Source of the DNA: Minisyncoccota bacterium
GTDB lineage: Bacteria; Patescibacteriota; Minisyncoccia; Phycocordibacterales; Phycocordibacteraceae
Reading direction: 5' to 3'
DNA: 64,000 bases
NCBI GenBank assembly: GCA_022841985.1
Contig: JALHQL010000001.1
Span: 5,529 to 69,528 of the forward strand
Part shown: piece after piece, positions 19,270-28,432 of the stretch
Layout: each line of letters starts with the position of its first letter
Position numbering within the stretch: position 1 is the first letter of the stretch
Notes under the pieces: generated by a model
What the model saw: the letters and a program-made list of their open reading frames with translations, nothing else
The model's database searches: none
Told to the model about the DNA's origin: nothing
Program-made: the position numbers and the translations under genes

Positions 19270-20409
19270 TTAAAGTACAGACCGTGCAACTGCTTTTACC
19301 ACACGAGGATCAAGAAGATCGGGAATAATTTTAGCCGCAGTTGGTTTCGAGACGAGTGCCGCAAGAGCGCGGGCGGCGCGAAGCTTAGTTTCCTCTGTAA
19401 TCTTCTTTACGCTCTTATCAAGCGCGCCACGAAAAATACCGGGGAACACAAGGGCGTTGTTGATCTGATTTGGAAAGTCGGAGCGGCCCGTCGCGACGAC
19501 CATTGCGCCCGCTTTCTTTGCTTCGTCCGGAAGAATCTCTGGGTCAGGATTCGCCATTGCAAAAACAATCCCCCGCGGCGACATGGTGGCGACCTGCTCG
19601 GCTTTCAAAACTCCTTTTCCAGAAAGACCAATGAACCCGTCAGCGCCCTGCATAGCCTCAGCGAGACCACCCTCAACCCTGCGAGGATTCATAAGGCCAG
19701 CAAGCTCTTTCTTATGTGTATGTAAGTCAGTACGTCCAGCAAAAATCGTTCCAACGCGATCAAGAAGAACAATATCTCTAATTCCGGCAGCGAAGAGTAG
19801 CTTTGCAACCGCCGTGCCGGCCGCACCTGCCCCACTAATAACAATCTTAAGATCTTTGAAATTTTTCTTTACTACTTTTGCAGCATTTAAAAGACCTGCG
19901 AGCACAACAATTGCCGTACCATGCTGATCATCGTGCATGACCGGAATATCGAGATCTTCAACAAGGCGTCTCTCAATTTCAAAGCAGTGTGGCGCCGCGA
20001 TATCTTCGAGATTGATGCCGCCAAAAGATGGTGCGACAGCTTTTACGATACGTATAATCTCTTCAGGGTCCTGCGTATTGAGTACAAGCGGCCACGCATC
20101 GACGCCAGCTTTTTCTTTAAAGATGAGCGCTTTCCCTTCCATGACCGGCAAAGCGCCGTACGGGCCAATGTTCCCAAGTCCAAGCACGGCCGAGCCATCG
20201 GAGATGACCGCGACACTATTTTTCTTCACCGACATCTTCCGCGCATCCTCCGGATGCGCGGCCAAGTGAAGCGATGCGACGCCGACACCCGGCGTGTACC
20301 ACAGCGAAAAGTCTTTTTTACCCGCAAGCTTCACGCGAGCCCTCGTTTCTATCCGTGCGCCCTGACCCTTAAACGCCGCCAGTATCTTTTTTGATGATTT
20401 AGTATCCAT
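19270..20409 (-). CDS. NAD(P)-dependent malic enzyme
   Basis: YTPGV, SDGSAVLGLG, PVMEGK, NLEDI, HDDQHGT, GAGAAG, NQINN; start taken at MDTKSS. Confidence 0.93.
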   Translation of the reverse strand: MDTKSSKKILAAFKGQGARIETRARVKLAGKKDFSLWYTPGVGVASLHLAAHPEDARKMSVKKNSVAVISDGSAVLGLGNIGPYGALPVMEGKALIFKEKAGVDAWPLVLNTQDPEEIIRIVKAVAPSFGGINLEDIAAPHCFEIERRLVEDLDIPVMHDDQHGTAIVVLAGLLNAAKVVKKNFKDLKIVISGAGAAGTAVAKLLFAAGIRDIVLLDRVGTIFAGRTDLHTHKKELAGLMNPRRVEGGLAEAMQGADGFIGLSGKGVLKAEQVATMSPRGIVFAMANPDPEILPDEAKKAGAMVVATGRSDFPNQINNALVFPGIFRGALDKSVKKITEETKLRAARALAALVSKPTAAKIIPDLLDPRVVKAVARSVL

Positions 20410-20428
20410 ATGAAGTAGCCAGTATACT

Positions 20429-22597
20429 ATGCGAGTGAATCCAGAAGACACTGTTGATACACATTTCACCCGACTGAAACCCGACCAGAGACGGGCGCTC
20501 GCGAAGCTCGGGATACGAACTATCCACGATATGCTCTATCACTTCCCTGCCCGCTATGAGAACGCAGGGCCGACCGGGACGATTGCCGGCATATCGGCGG
20601 GAAGCGAAGTCACGCTCTATGGCACCGTTCGCAAACCCGATATACGCAGGACATGGAAGAGTCGTCGCCCTATCGCCGAGGCATGGCTCGAGGATGCATC
20701 AGGAAAAATAAAAATGATGTGGTTCTCACAACCTTACATCGCCAAAACTCTGCACGATGGCATGGTGGTAAAAGTGAGCGGACGGGTCGCGGGTACTGGT
20801 ACCAAAGTGTACCTGGCAAATCCGGAGATAGATAAATCGCCTATTGTTCCAGAAGATATCCATGATTCTTTATTTTCGAAGGGCGAAACTCCAGAGGAAA
20901 CGCTCTACCCGATTTATCCAGAGAGCCAAGGCGTTTCCTCGCTCTGGTTCTTGCATGCGGTGAGAAAAATTTTTGAAACAAACGTACACGAACGTATCGA
21001 AGATCCGATTCCACAAGAAGTCCTCGAACGCTACAACCTGCCCACACTCTCTTCCGCCCTTGTTTTCATACATGCGCCACGGCAATTAACTGATGCAACT
21101 GCTGCGCGCAAGCGCTTTGCCTTTGAAGAAGTCTTCGCACTCCAGATCATGATGCAACAGCGACGCCGAGCACTTTTGAAAGAAGAAGCACTGCCAGTCG
21201 CCGTCAATCGACCAGCGCTTGCGGACTTCATCGCATCCTTCCCTTTCCCTGCGACCAAAGCCCAGATGCGAGCAATTGAAGCCATCGCTGCGGACTTCGA
21301 AAAAACTCACCCCATGCTTCGTTTGCTTGAGGGCGACGTGGGCAGCGGTAAGACCGCGGTCGCTGCAGCGACCGCGTATCTTGTCGCGACATCACTTCCG
21401 AAAAACAGAGTTGCCGGCACCCTCCAAGTCGCTTACCTCTGCCCGACTGAAATTCTCGCAAAACAGCATTTTTCAACATTTGTTTCCTATTTCAAAGATC
21501 ATCCAATCCCCATCGGCCTCATCACGGGCAGCGAATGTCGGAAATTCCCTTCTCGAGTGCGTTATGAAGAATCTGCAAAACTCTCAAAAGCTGCGTTTAA
21601 GAAAATGGTAGCAAATGGAGAGATCCCTATCGTCATCGGAACTCATGCAATCATTGAAAAATCACTCTCATTCAAATATTTCGCATACGCAATTATCGAT
21701 GAACAGCACCGCTTCGGTATCGTTCACCGGCAGAAACTCGCAACAAAAGGAGTGATTGCTCCGCATCTACTTTCAATGACGGCGACACCCATCCCACGCA
21801 CGCTCGCGCTTACGATTTACGGCGATCTCGACCTTACTGTACTTGATGAGATGCCAGCAGGAAGAAAACCAGTTGCCACGGAAATCGTCGGCCCAGAAAA
21901 ACGCGAGCGTGCCTATGAGCGCGTCCGCGAGGAACTCTCCGTCGGACATCAAGCATATGTTATCTGTCCGCGTATTGATGAGCCCGATCCGGCAAAAGAG
22001 CTTGCCCTCCAAGCGAAATCCGTGAAAGCTGAAGCGGCACGTTTGAAACGAGAAATATTTAAAGAAGCAACAATAGATATTTTGCACAGCAAAATGAAAC
22101 TGCCAGAAAAAGAAGAGACTATGAATAGATTCGAGAAAGGTGACATTGATATCCTTGTTGCAACTTCTGTAGTCGAAGTGGGCGTAAACGTCCCGAATGC
22201 AACGGCCATATTGATTGAAGGAGCCGAACGTTTTGGACTCGCACAGCTACACCAACTGCGCGGACGCGTCCTCCGCTCCACACACCAGTCCTACTGCTTC
22301 GCGCTTCCGGAATCATTTGGCCAAGCGACCAAAGACCGAATGAAGGCATTCACCACCGCGAAAAATGGCTTTGAGCTCGCTGAATACGACCTCGCACTCC
22401 GAGGCGCTGGTGAACTCGTCGGCGGCAAGCAGTGGGGCGTCTCTGACATCGCGATGGAAGCGCTCAAAAACATAAAGCTCGTGGAAGCGGCGCGTACCGA
22501 AGCGACACAACTCATTGCAAAAGATCCTGAATTAAAAAATCATCCCGTCCTCGCACTACGCGCCCTCGCTGCCGACCGCGACATGCATTTGGAATAA
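20429..22597 (+). CDS. recG: ATP-dependent DNA helicase RecG
   Basis: GDVGSGKT, DEQHRFG, TATPIPRT, QLHQLRGRV; true start may be GTG 20435 (6 nt after TATACT). Confidence 0.95.
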   Translation: MRVNPEDTVDTHFTRLKPDQRRALAKLGIRTIHDMLYHFPARYENAGPTGTIAGISAGSEVTLYGTVRKPDIRRTWKSRRPIAEAWLEDASGKIKMMWFSQPYIAKTLHDGMVVKVSGRVAGTGTKVYLANPEIDKSPIVPEDIHDSLFSKGETPEETLYPIYPESQGVSSLWFLHAVRKIFETNVHERIEDPIPQEVLERYNLPTLSSALVFIHAPRQLTDATAARKRFAFEEVFALQIMMQQRRRALLKEEALPVAVNRPALADFIASFPFPATKAQMRAIEAIAADFEKTHPMLRLLEGDVGSGKTAVAAATAYLVATSLPKNRVAGTLQVAYLCPTEILAKQHFSTFVSYFKDHPIPIGLITGSECRKFPSRVRYEESAKLSKAAFKKMVANGEIPIVIGTHAIIEKSLSFKYFAYAIIDEQHRFGIVHRQKLATKGVIAPHLLSMTATPIPRTLALTIYGDLDLTVLDEMPAGRKPVATEIVGPEKRERAYERVREELSVGHQAYVICPRIDEPDPAKELALQAKSVKAEAARLKREIFKEATIDILHSKMKLPEKEETMNRFEKGDIDILVATSVVEVGVNVPNATAILIEGAERFGLAQLHQLRGRVLRSTHQSYCFALPESFGQATKDRMKAFTTAKNGFELAEYDLALRGAGELVGGKQWGVSDIAMEALKNIKLVEAARTEATQLIAKDPELKNHPVLALRALAADRDMHLE

Positions 22598-22651
22598 AAA
22601 TTGAGTCCTCTAGTTGAGGCCCTATTCGATACCTCGTGCTAGCATGTTCGA

Positions 22652-23230
22652 ATGGATACTGACCCAAAATGGACTGTGTATCAAAAACGCACAGCTAGCG
22701 GGAGACCGCGGCCTCTCCTTGTTGAAGCTCTTTCCTATGTGAAAGAAAAAGGTGCAGCCATGGACCTAGGAGCTGGCGCACTAAACGACACTCAATTTCT
22801 CTTGGATTTAGAAAATGGATTCCGAGAAATTGTTGCGATTGACATAACACCTCAATTCAAGGAACTTTCCGTACCGCCGAATGTACAATTTTCCTATGTG
22901 CAAAAACGATTGGAAGAATATCAATTCCCAATCGATCGTTTCGACCTCATTTCTGCACAATACATCCTCCCTTTCATACCAAAAGATGACTTTAATAATA
23001 TTTGGATGAACATTTATGCAGCCCTAAAAACAGGAGGGGTATTTACCGGACAACTTTTCGGAGAGCACGATGATTGGTTTGGCAGAGAGAATATGACTTT
23101 CCATACAAAAAATGAGATGGGGAAACTAACTAGCAAATTTGAACCTCTTGTATGCAACGAACGTGAATACACTGAAGAGAACGAGAGGAAAAAACATTGG
23201 CACTATTTTGATTTTATTTTAAAGAAATAG
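22652..23230 (+). CDS. Class I SAM-dependent methyltransferase (TehB-like)
   Basis: AMDLGAG motif I, LKTGGVFTGQLFG, KHWH. Confidence 0.8.
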   Translation: MDTDPKWTVYQKRTASGRPRPLLVEALSYVKEKGAAMDLGAGALNDTQFLLDLENGFREIVAIDITPQFKELSVPPNVQFSYVQKRLEEYQFPIDRFDLISAQYILPFIPKDDFNNIWMNIYAALKTGGVFTGQLFGEHDDWFGRENMTFHTKNEMGKLTSKFEPLVCNEREYTEENERKKHWHYFDFILKK

Positions 23231-23282
23231 GAGCCACACTTTGTCAGTATGGCTCCTAAAAGACTACGCGCAAAAGAGCTTC

Positions 23283-23771
23283 TCAGAATACCCTCTTACA
23301 TTCATTTGGAGAGCAGTCTTTCGGCTGGCAACCGTCTGGACTGCAATCCGACGCATCCCTGCTTCCTGAAGGACCCCACCAATTCAATGACAACTCGCCG
23401 AACACAGTTTTGGCGAGTTCGCGAGTGCGAGGGACAGAATCGTAATTCTTCGTTTCTGCGAATGGATCCTCCGGCTGATGATGCACGTATCGACCACAGT
23501 AGTCCTTACAGAATTGTGCATAGTCCTTCGTAAAAAGAAGGAAGATATGCCAACCCTGATCGAGTGCCTTTGTTGGCGCCAGAGACTGCGAAGTGGTAAC
23601 ACACAGCGCGAGAAACCTCTTCACGTCCTCAAAGAGAATTTCTGCTTCTGCGCGTGTAATTTCCAACTCCACCTGCATCTTGTTAAGCAGAATTGGGTGT
23701 TGGTAGCCATGCATGAGCTCGAAACACGAATGTGCGGGATGAACTCTCTCACATACCAATGGTTGTATCAT
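23283..23771 (-). CDS. Hypothetical protein resembling the 'glycine-rich domain-containing'/DUF1399-like family, with Cys-repeat tail
   Basis: KRFLAL...PTKALDQGWHIFLLFTKDYAQFC...VHHQP; SD GGAGG; promoter TTGACT-16-TATAGT at 23853-23826. Confidence 0.65.
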   Translation of the reverse strand: MIQPLVCERVHPAHSCFELMHGYQHPILLNKMQVELEITRAEAEILFEDVKRFLALCVTTSQSLAPTKALDQGWHIFLLFTKDYAQFCKDYCGRYVHHQPEDPFAETKNYDSVPRTRELAKTVFGELSLNWWGPSGSRDASDCSPDGCQPKDCSPNECKRVF

Positions 23772-23876
23772 CTCATACCTCCGTTGATTAGGAAAATCTA
23801 TTGGGCAAAAAGATCTTTCAAAAACACTATACTCCTAAATTATATTTAGTCAATGGTACGGAAGCCTGCGGTAAAA

Positions 23877-24428
23877 TCACTTTTCGGCGACCATGATGAA
23901 ATACGGAGGGAAATTACGAACCTCGAATGAAAGATTTATTTTTTTCTTAAAATACTTTTTGAGGTACGGAAACATAAGAGGAGAAACTTGATAGATGATG
24001 AATCGTCCATGCTCCGAAAGTTTCTGAAATGTTTGTTTCGCAATTATGTCCCGTTCATTTGAATTGAAGAAAGAGAATGGGATACCGGAGATAACCGCAT
24101 CAATGCGCGGGAGCTTCAACTCAGAGAGATTTTTACAAATTTTTAAAACGTCGCCCTGCACTATTTGAAGCCGAGGATCATGGATTTTCTTCAACAGTGC
24201 GATGAAGTGAGGATTCATCTCGATGGCAATGAGCTTCCCATCACGGGGCATATGGTCCAGAAGTGCCTTTGTGATGACCCCGTCTCCTGCCCCATACTCT
24301 ATGATGCACGTGCGAGAATGATGGGGAAGTTTTTTTAAAATCTGTTTGACAACGAAACTAGAACTTGGGGTAAAAGCTCCGACTTTATAGTCTCGTAATG
24401 CGGTTTTAAAAAAATGAATCTTGGACAT
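23877..24428 (-). CDS. SAM-dependent methyltransferase (phospholipid N-methyltransferase PmtA-like)
   Basis: VGAFTPSS, IIEYGAGDG, VISGIPF, RNFPP. Confidence 0.8.
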   Translation of the reverse strand: MSKIHFFKTALRDYKVGAFTPSSSFVVKQILKKLPHHSRTCIIEYGAGDGVITKALLDHMPRDGKLIAIEMNPHFIALLKKIHDPRLQIVQGDVLKICKNLSELKLPRIDAVISGIPFSFFNSNERDIIAKQTFQKLSEHGRFIIYQVSPLMFPYLKKYFKKKINLSFEVRNFPPYFIMVAEK

Positions 24429-24447
24429 CGTTTTATATATCTAGTAG

Positions 24448-24521
24448 TGGGCGTGCCTGGACTCGAACCAGGAACCGCCGAGGTATAAGCTCGGTGCTCT
24501 AACCAATTGAGCTACACGCCC
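24448..24521 (-). tRNA. tRNA-Ile(UAU)
   Basis: Acceptor GGGCGTG/CACGCCC, A73, anticodon arm CCGAG-CTTATAC-CTCGG, CCTGG-TTCGAGT-CCAGG. Confidence 0.93.
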
Positions 24522-24620
24522 AGAGTGAGGCGCCGAACGAAGGATCTATAACTTGATCGTCACAGACCTGCGTCCAGACTCGTTCATACTACAACGAAGC
24601 TCCGAACTTGCGAATCTCGA

Positions 24621-26573
24621 CTAGGCGACACCGCCGGGGACACTCGGCGCGATGATGATACCTTCCTCTTCTCTCTTTTTCGGCGTAATCCCGTTCGCAA
24701 TCAAAATCTTTTCAAAGCTATCTCTCTCGACAGTTTCTTTCTCAATGAGTTCCTTCGCGATAGCGTCGAGCGCCTTGCGATGCTCAGTGATGACCTGTTT
24801 CGCGCGAACTTTCGCTTCTTCAATAATGCGAGCAACTTCGGCATCTATTTGCATCGCGACATGTTCGGAGTATGGCTCGTTCCCGAGCTGCCGCTCACCA
24901 AAAGCAATAGGGCCCAATTTTTCGCTCATGCCATAGCGGACGACCATATCGCGCGCAATCGCGGTAATGACCATGAGATCATTGGAGGGACCAGTTGTCA
25001 CATCATCGAAGAGCATTTCTTCAGCGACGTATCCGCCAAGCGTTGCCGCGATGTCGTCGAGGAACTGCTTCTTCGACTGCATCTTCTTGTCTTCAAAAGG
25101 AAGCTTGAGTGTGTATCCTGCCGCTCGGCCACGACTGATGATAGAAATTTTATGCACCGGATCGGCATTCGGCAGTACCGAAGAGACGAGGGCATGACCT
25201 GCTTCGTGATAGGAGGTGAGTTCTTTTTCTTTTTTCGTAAGCAAGTGACTCTTGCGCTCGGGACCAAGCATCACTTTCTCTATCGAACGGATGAGGTCGT
25301 ACTGTGTGACTTCTGTCCGATTCTCGCGCGCAGCAAGGATCGCACCCTCATTCATAAGTGAATAGAGTTCGGCGCCCGAGAAACCGGGCGTGCGCTCGGC
25401 GATGGCAGGGAGCGCCACATCAGGACCCAAAGGCTTCTTGCGAGCATGGATCTTCAAAATATCTTCGCGATCGCGGCGATCGGGGAGATCAATAGTCACG
25501 CGCCGGTCAAACCGCCCAGGGCGAAGCAGTGCCGGATCGAGGACATCGGGTCTATTGGTTGCCGCCATAACTACGACTTTTTCGTTTGGTTCGAAGCCGT
25601 CCATCTCGACGAGAATCTGATTGAGCGTCTGCTCACGCTCGTCATTGCCGCCACCGACACCCGTGCCGCGCACACGCCCGACCGCGTCGATCTCATCAAC
25701 GAAAATAATCGCGGGCGCAGCCCTCTTTGCCATCTGGAAAAGGTCGCGCACTCTCGACGCTCCAACGCCGACGAACATTTCAACAAACTCGGAGCCTGAA
25801 ATGGAGAAGAACGGCACACCCGCCTCGCCTGCCACAGCACGAGCAAGTAAGGTTTTGCCGGTGCCCGGCGCGCCCATTAAGATAATACCCTTTGGGATTC
25901 GCGCACCGATATCGAGGAACTTTTTCGGATTCTTAAGGAAGTCGACAATCTCGAAAAGCTCCTCCTTCGCCTCGCGCGCGCCCGCGATATCAGCAAAAGT
26001 AACACGCTGTGAGGAGTCGGAAGGGTCAGTGATACGTGCTTTTGATTGCCCGAAGTTGAGTGCCTGCATACCCGCCCCTTTGACCTGTCGCGAAAGGAAC
26101 CAGAATATGAATCCAATGAAAAGAAGCGGCAGCAAAAACGGCGTGAGAGCGAGAAACCAAAATTGAAATCCTGACTGTCCCTGTATTGTAATCGACACTT
26201 TAGAGAGCTCTACGGGTGTCACGCCGTAGGTCGCGAGCGTCTCTGGAAGACCGGCAGAAGGATCCTTGCGCGAAGTCTTTTTAGATTCGTCGGTGTAGAC
26301 AAGATCAAGCGAGTCACCATTCACGGTAATTGCACGTATCTTCCCTGCCGCAACATCTCCCGCGACAACTGAGAGCGGTACGTCGACGCTCGGCTTCATA
26401 AAGCTCTCAACGAGCGAGTAGGCGCTCATGAGAAGAAGGAATATGAGAATAGTTGTCGTAAAATTGCCAAAGAAGGACGGGCCGCCAAAAAGCGTTTTCC
26501 AATCATTGCCTTTTGAGGGCGTCAGTGTTGATTTCTTCTCCTTTTGTTTTTTCGAGAACGTGACGAGCGGCAT
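24621..26573 (-). CDS. ftsH: ATP-dependent zinc metalloprotease FtsH
   Basis: Two TMs, [29 protein letters not shown]. Confidence 0.97.
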   Translation of the reverse strand: MPLVTFSKKQKEKKSTLTPSKGNDWKTLFGGPSFFGNFTTTILIFLLLMSAYSLVESFMKPSVDVPLSVVAGDVAAGKIRAITVNGDSLDLVYTDESKKTSRKDPSAGLPETLATYGVTPVELSKVSITIQGQSGFQFWFLALTPFLLPLLFIGFIFWFLSRQVKGAGMQALNFGQSKARITDPSDSSQRVTFADIAGAREAKEELFEIVDFLKNPKKFLDIGARIPKGIILMGAPGTGKTLLARAVAGEAGVPFFSISGSEFVEMFVGVGASRVRDLFQMAKRAAPAIIFVDEIDAVGRVRGTGVGGGNDEREQTLNQILVEMDGFEPNEKVVVMAATNRPDVLDPALLRPGRFDRRVTIDLPDRRDREDILKIHARKKPLGPDVALPAIAERTPGFSGAELYSLMNEGAILAARENRTEVTQYDLIRSIEKVMLGPERKSHLLTKKEKELTSYHEAGHALVSSVLPNADPVHKISIISRGRAAGYTLKLPFEDKKMQSKKQFLDDIAATLGGYVAEEMLFDDVTTGPSNDLMVITAIARDMVVRYGMSEKLGPIAFGERQLGNEPYSEHVAMQIDAEVARIIEEAKVRAKQVITEHRKALDAIAKELIEKETVERDSFEKILIANGITPKKREEEGIIIAPSVPGGVA

Positions 26574-26634
26574 TGAGGTACTATACTCTTCACAGGCGAG
26601 AAGATAAAGTAGCTGCCATCATCGCCTCACCCTT

Positions 26635-27078
26635 ATGACCCTCATCAAAAACAAAAAAGCCCCAATACTCTACGAAACGCTCGAGACCTTCTCGGCGGGT
26701 ATTGAGCTGCTCGGCCAGGAAGTAAAGGCGCTTCGTGGCGGGCATGGCTCGCTCGAGGGTGCACGGGTAGTGGCACGGGGCGGCGAAGCATATATCGTCG
26801 GCATGACTATCCCGCCGTACCAGGCGGCAAATATGCCGAAAAGTTACGAACCCGAACGGCCGCGGCGTCTCTTGCTCACGAAAAAAGAGATCACCACGCT
26901 TGCTACCGAGGAATCAAAGAAGGGATTGACAATTGTGCCATTTGAGGTGTATACTAAGAAGGGTCTTATCAAGGCACGCATTGCTATAGTTCGCGGCAAA
27001 GGGAAAGCTGACCGCCGCGAAGACTTAAAGAAGCGAGACGCAATGCGCGAAACAGGACGCCTTTTGAAAAATAGATAG
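26635..27078 (+). CDS. smpB: SsrA-binding protein
   Basis: NKKA, AGIELLGQEVK, RRLLLTKKE; adjacent to tmRNA. Confidence 0.95.
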   Translation: MTLIKNKKAPILYETLETFSAGIELLGQEVKALRGGHGSLEGARVVARGGEAYIVGMTIPPYQAANMPKSYEPERPRRLLLTKKEITTLATEESKKGLTIVPFEVYTKKGLIKARIAIVRGKGKADRREDLKKRDAMRETGRLLKNR

Positions 27079-27123
27079 AGCGATCGGTCGCGGCAAGCGC
27101 GGGAATGCTATCCTACTCTTTCC

Positions 27124-27527
27124 GGGGGTGATCGGCTTTGACGATTTGTTCCTTGAAAGACGTGCGACGCAGTGCACTCCCGCCCAACACTTTAATCTGG
27201 CGGGAAACATACTTGCAAAGAATACTCTAGCAAGCGTGAAGTCCCCGTACTTCGGTATGAAGGACTTCTCGTTCGCCTACGCGAAAGCCTAACGGCTCTT
27301 CGCCTTCGCGACGTTCATCCTCTCGGGCTCCTATAGCCGAAGGTATGGGCGGAATCATCTATAGGATCGATGTTCGGAATCCCGTCCGATACATCTAGAC
27401 AAGGGATCGGGCAGGAATGGTTTCGTCTGCGTTCTTCGCATCCTGCCTCAAAGATAACGCTGACTACGCGTCGTAGAAACGCTTTCATAAACAGATTCGG
27501 ACGGGGGTTCAATTCCCCCCGCCTCCA
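27124..27527 (+). ncRNA. ssrA: tmRNA; predicted tag reading frame 27215-27292 AKNTLASVKSPYFGMKDFSFAYAKA*
   Basis: 5' GGGGGTGATCGGCTTTGAC, 3' GACGGGGGTTCAATTCCCCCCGCCTCCA; G3-U70 pair; extended -10 TGCTATCCT upstream. Confidence 0.95.
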
Positions 27528-27576
27528 CAAAACAAACATTGAGCGCCTTCGGGCGCTTTTTGTTTTGTGGAGGCGG
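27519..27576. repeat. 18-bp inverted repeat overlapping the tmRNA 3' end, enclosing a UUCG terminator hairpin
   Basis: CCGCCTCCACAAAACAAA (27519-27536) / TTTGTTTTGTGGAGGCGG (27559-27576); inner AGCGCC-TTCG-GGCGCT-TTTT. Confidence 0.85.
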
Positions 27577-27664
27577 AGCAAGCCTACTACCCACTCGCTT
27601 GACCTCTCCTTCAAAAAGCCATAGGCTCCGCGTGGATAGTTCCAAACCAATAGGAGGTGCTTAC

Positions 27665-28372
27665 ATGAGTGTAGGAAATTCCACAAGTCGTGATGCGGTA
27701 GCTGAATCGTTCATTCGATATGTATTAGAGATAGGCGCTATTGAGTTTCCCACTGAAGGACGGTCACTTCGTAGCGGCCGACTATCTCCTTACTTCTTCA
27801 ATTCGGGATTGTTCACAAAAGGAGAATACATAGGAAATCTCGCAGAACTCTACTCGCGCGCTATCCGTCTGCATACCCATCTCAATCCGGACGTGATTTT
27901 CGGTCCAGCGTACAAAGGCATTCCACTTGCGGTAACCATTGCCGAATCACTTGGCAGCTATGTTGAATATGCATTCAATCGCAAAGAACCAAAAGGTCAT
28001 GGTGAGGGAGGCGAGATCGTCGGGGCGACTCTCGAAGGGAAAAGGGTCGTCATAGTTGACGACGTCATCACTACAGGCGGCTCAGCGACAGAGGCTCTGG
28101 CGTCCGTACTGAAGCATGGCGGCATACCAGTCGGATGCGTAATAGCGTTTGATCGACAAGAACGGGCACATGATGAAAGTGATTACTCTGCAGTCCAGGA
28201 GTTCCATAGGAAAAATCGCATCCCCGTTTATTCAATTGCGACAACCTCTCATCTCATCGCATACCTCGAACAATCTCACACCCCGAAAATGTATCGGGAC
28301 ATCCCGAAGGAGATCGTCCTTGGAAAGCTCACCTCCTATTTTGAGAAGTACCGCAGCAAAATCTTGAGCTGA
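27665..28372 (+). CDS. pyrE: Orotate phosphoribosyltransferase
   Basis: SPYFFNSGLF, FGPAYKGIPL, FNRKEPKGHGEGG, IVDDVITTG; SD AGGAGGT; promoter TTGACC-17-TAGGCT at 27599-27627. Confidence 0.92.
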   Translation: MSVGNSTSRDAVAESFIRYVLEIGAIEFPTEGRSLRSGRLSPYFFNSGLFTKGEYIGNLAELYSRAIRLHTHLNPDVIFGPAYKGIPLAVTIAESLGSYVEYAFNRKEPKGHGEGGEIVGATLEGKRVVIVDDVITTGGSATEALASVLKHGGIPVGCVIAFDRQERAHDESDYSAVQEFHRKNRIPVYSIATTSHLIAYLEQSHTPKMYRDIPKEIVLGKLTSYFEKYRSKILS

Positions 28373-28379
28373 ATACGAC

Positions 28380-28419
28380 AACCCCCGGCACGCTCCGCGT
28401 GCCGGGGGTTTCTCTTTTT
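28380..28419 (+). terminator. Intrinsic terminator between pyrE and typA
   Basis: AACCCCCGGCACGC-tcc-GCGTGCCGGGGGTT followed by a T-rich tract. Confidence 0.8.
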
Positions 28420-28432
28420 ATGTTATTGAAAA

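Noticed and set aside
27315-27686. ORFs overlapping ssrA and the 5' extension of pyrE from 27539
   Set aside because: Explained by tmRNA and its terminator; pyrE has a clear SD-led ATG at 27665.
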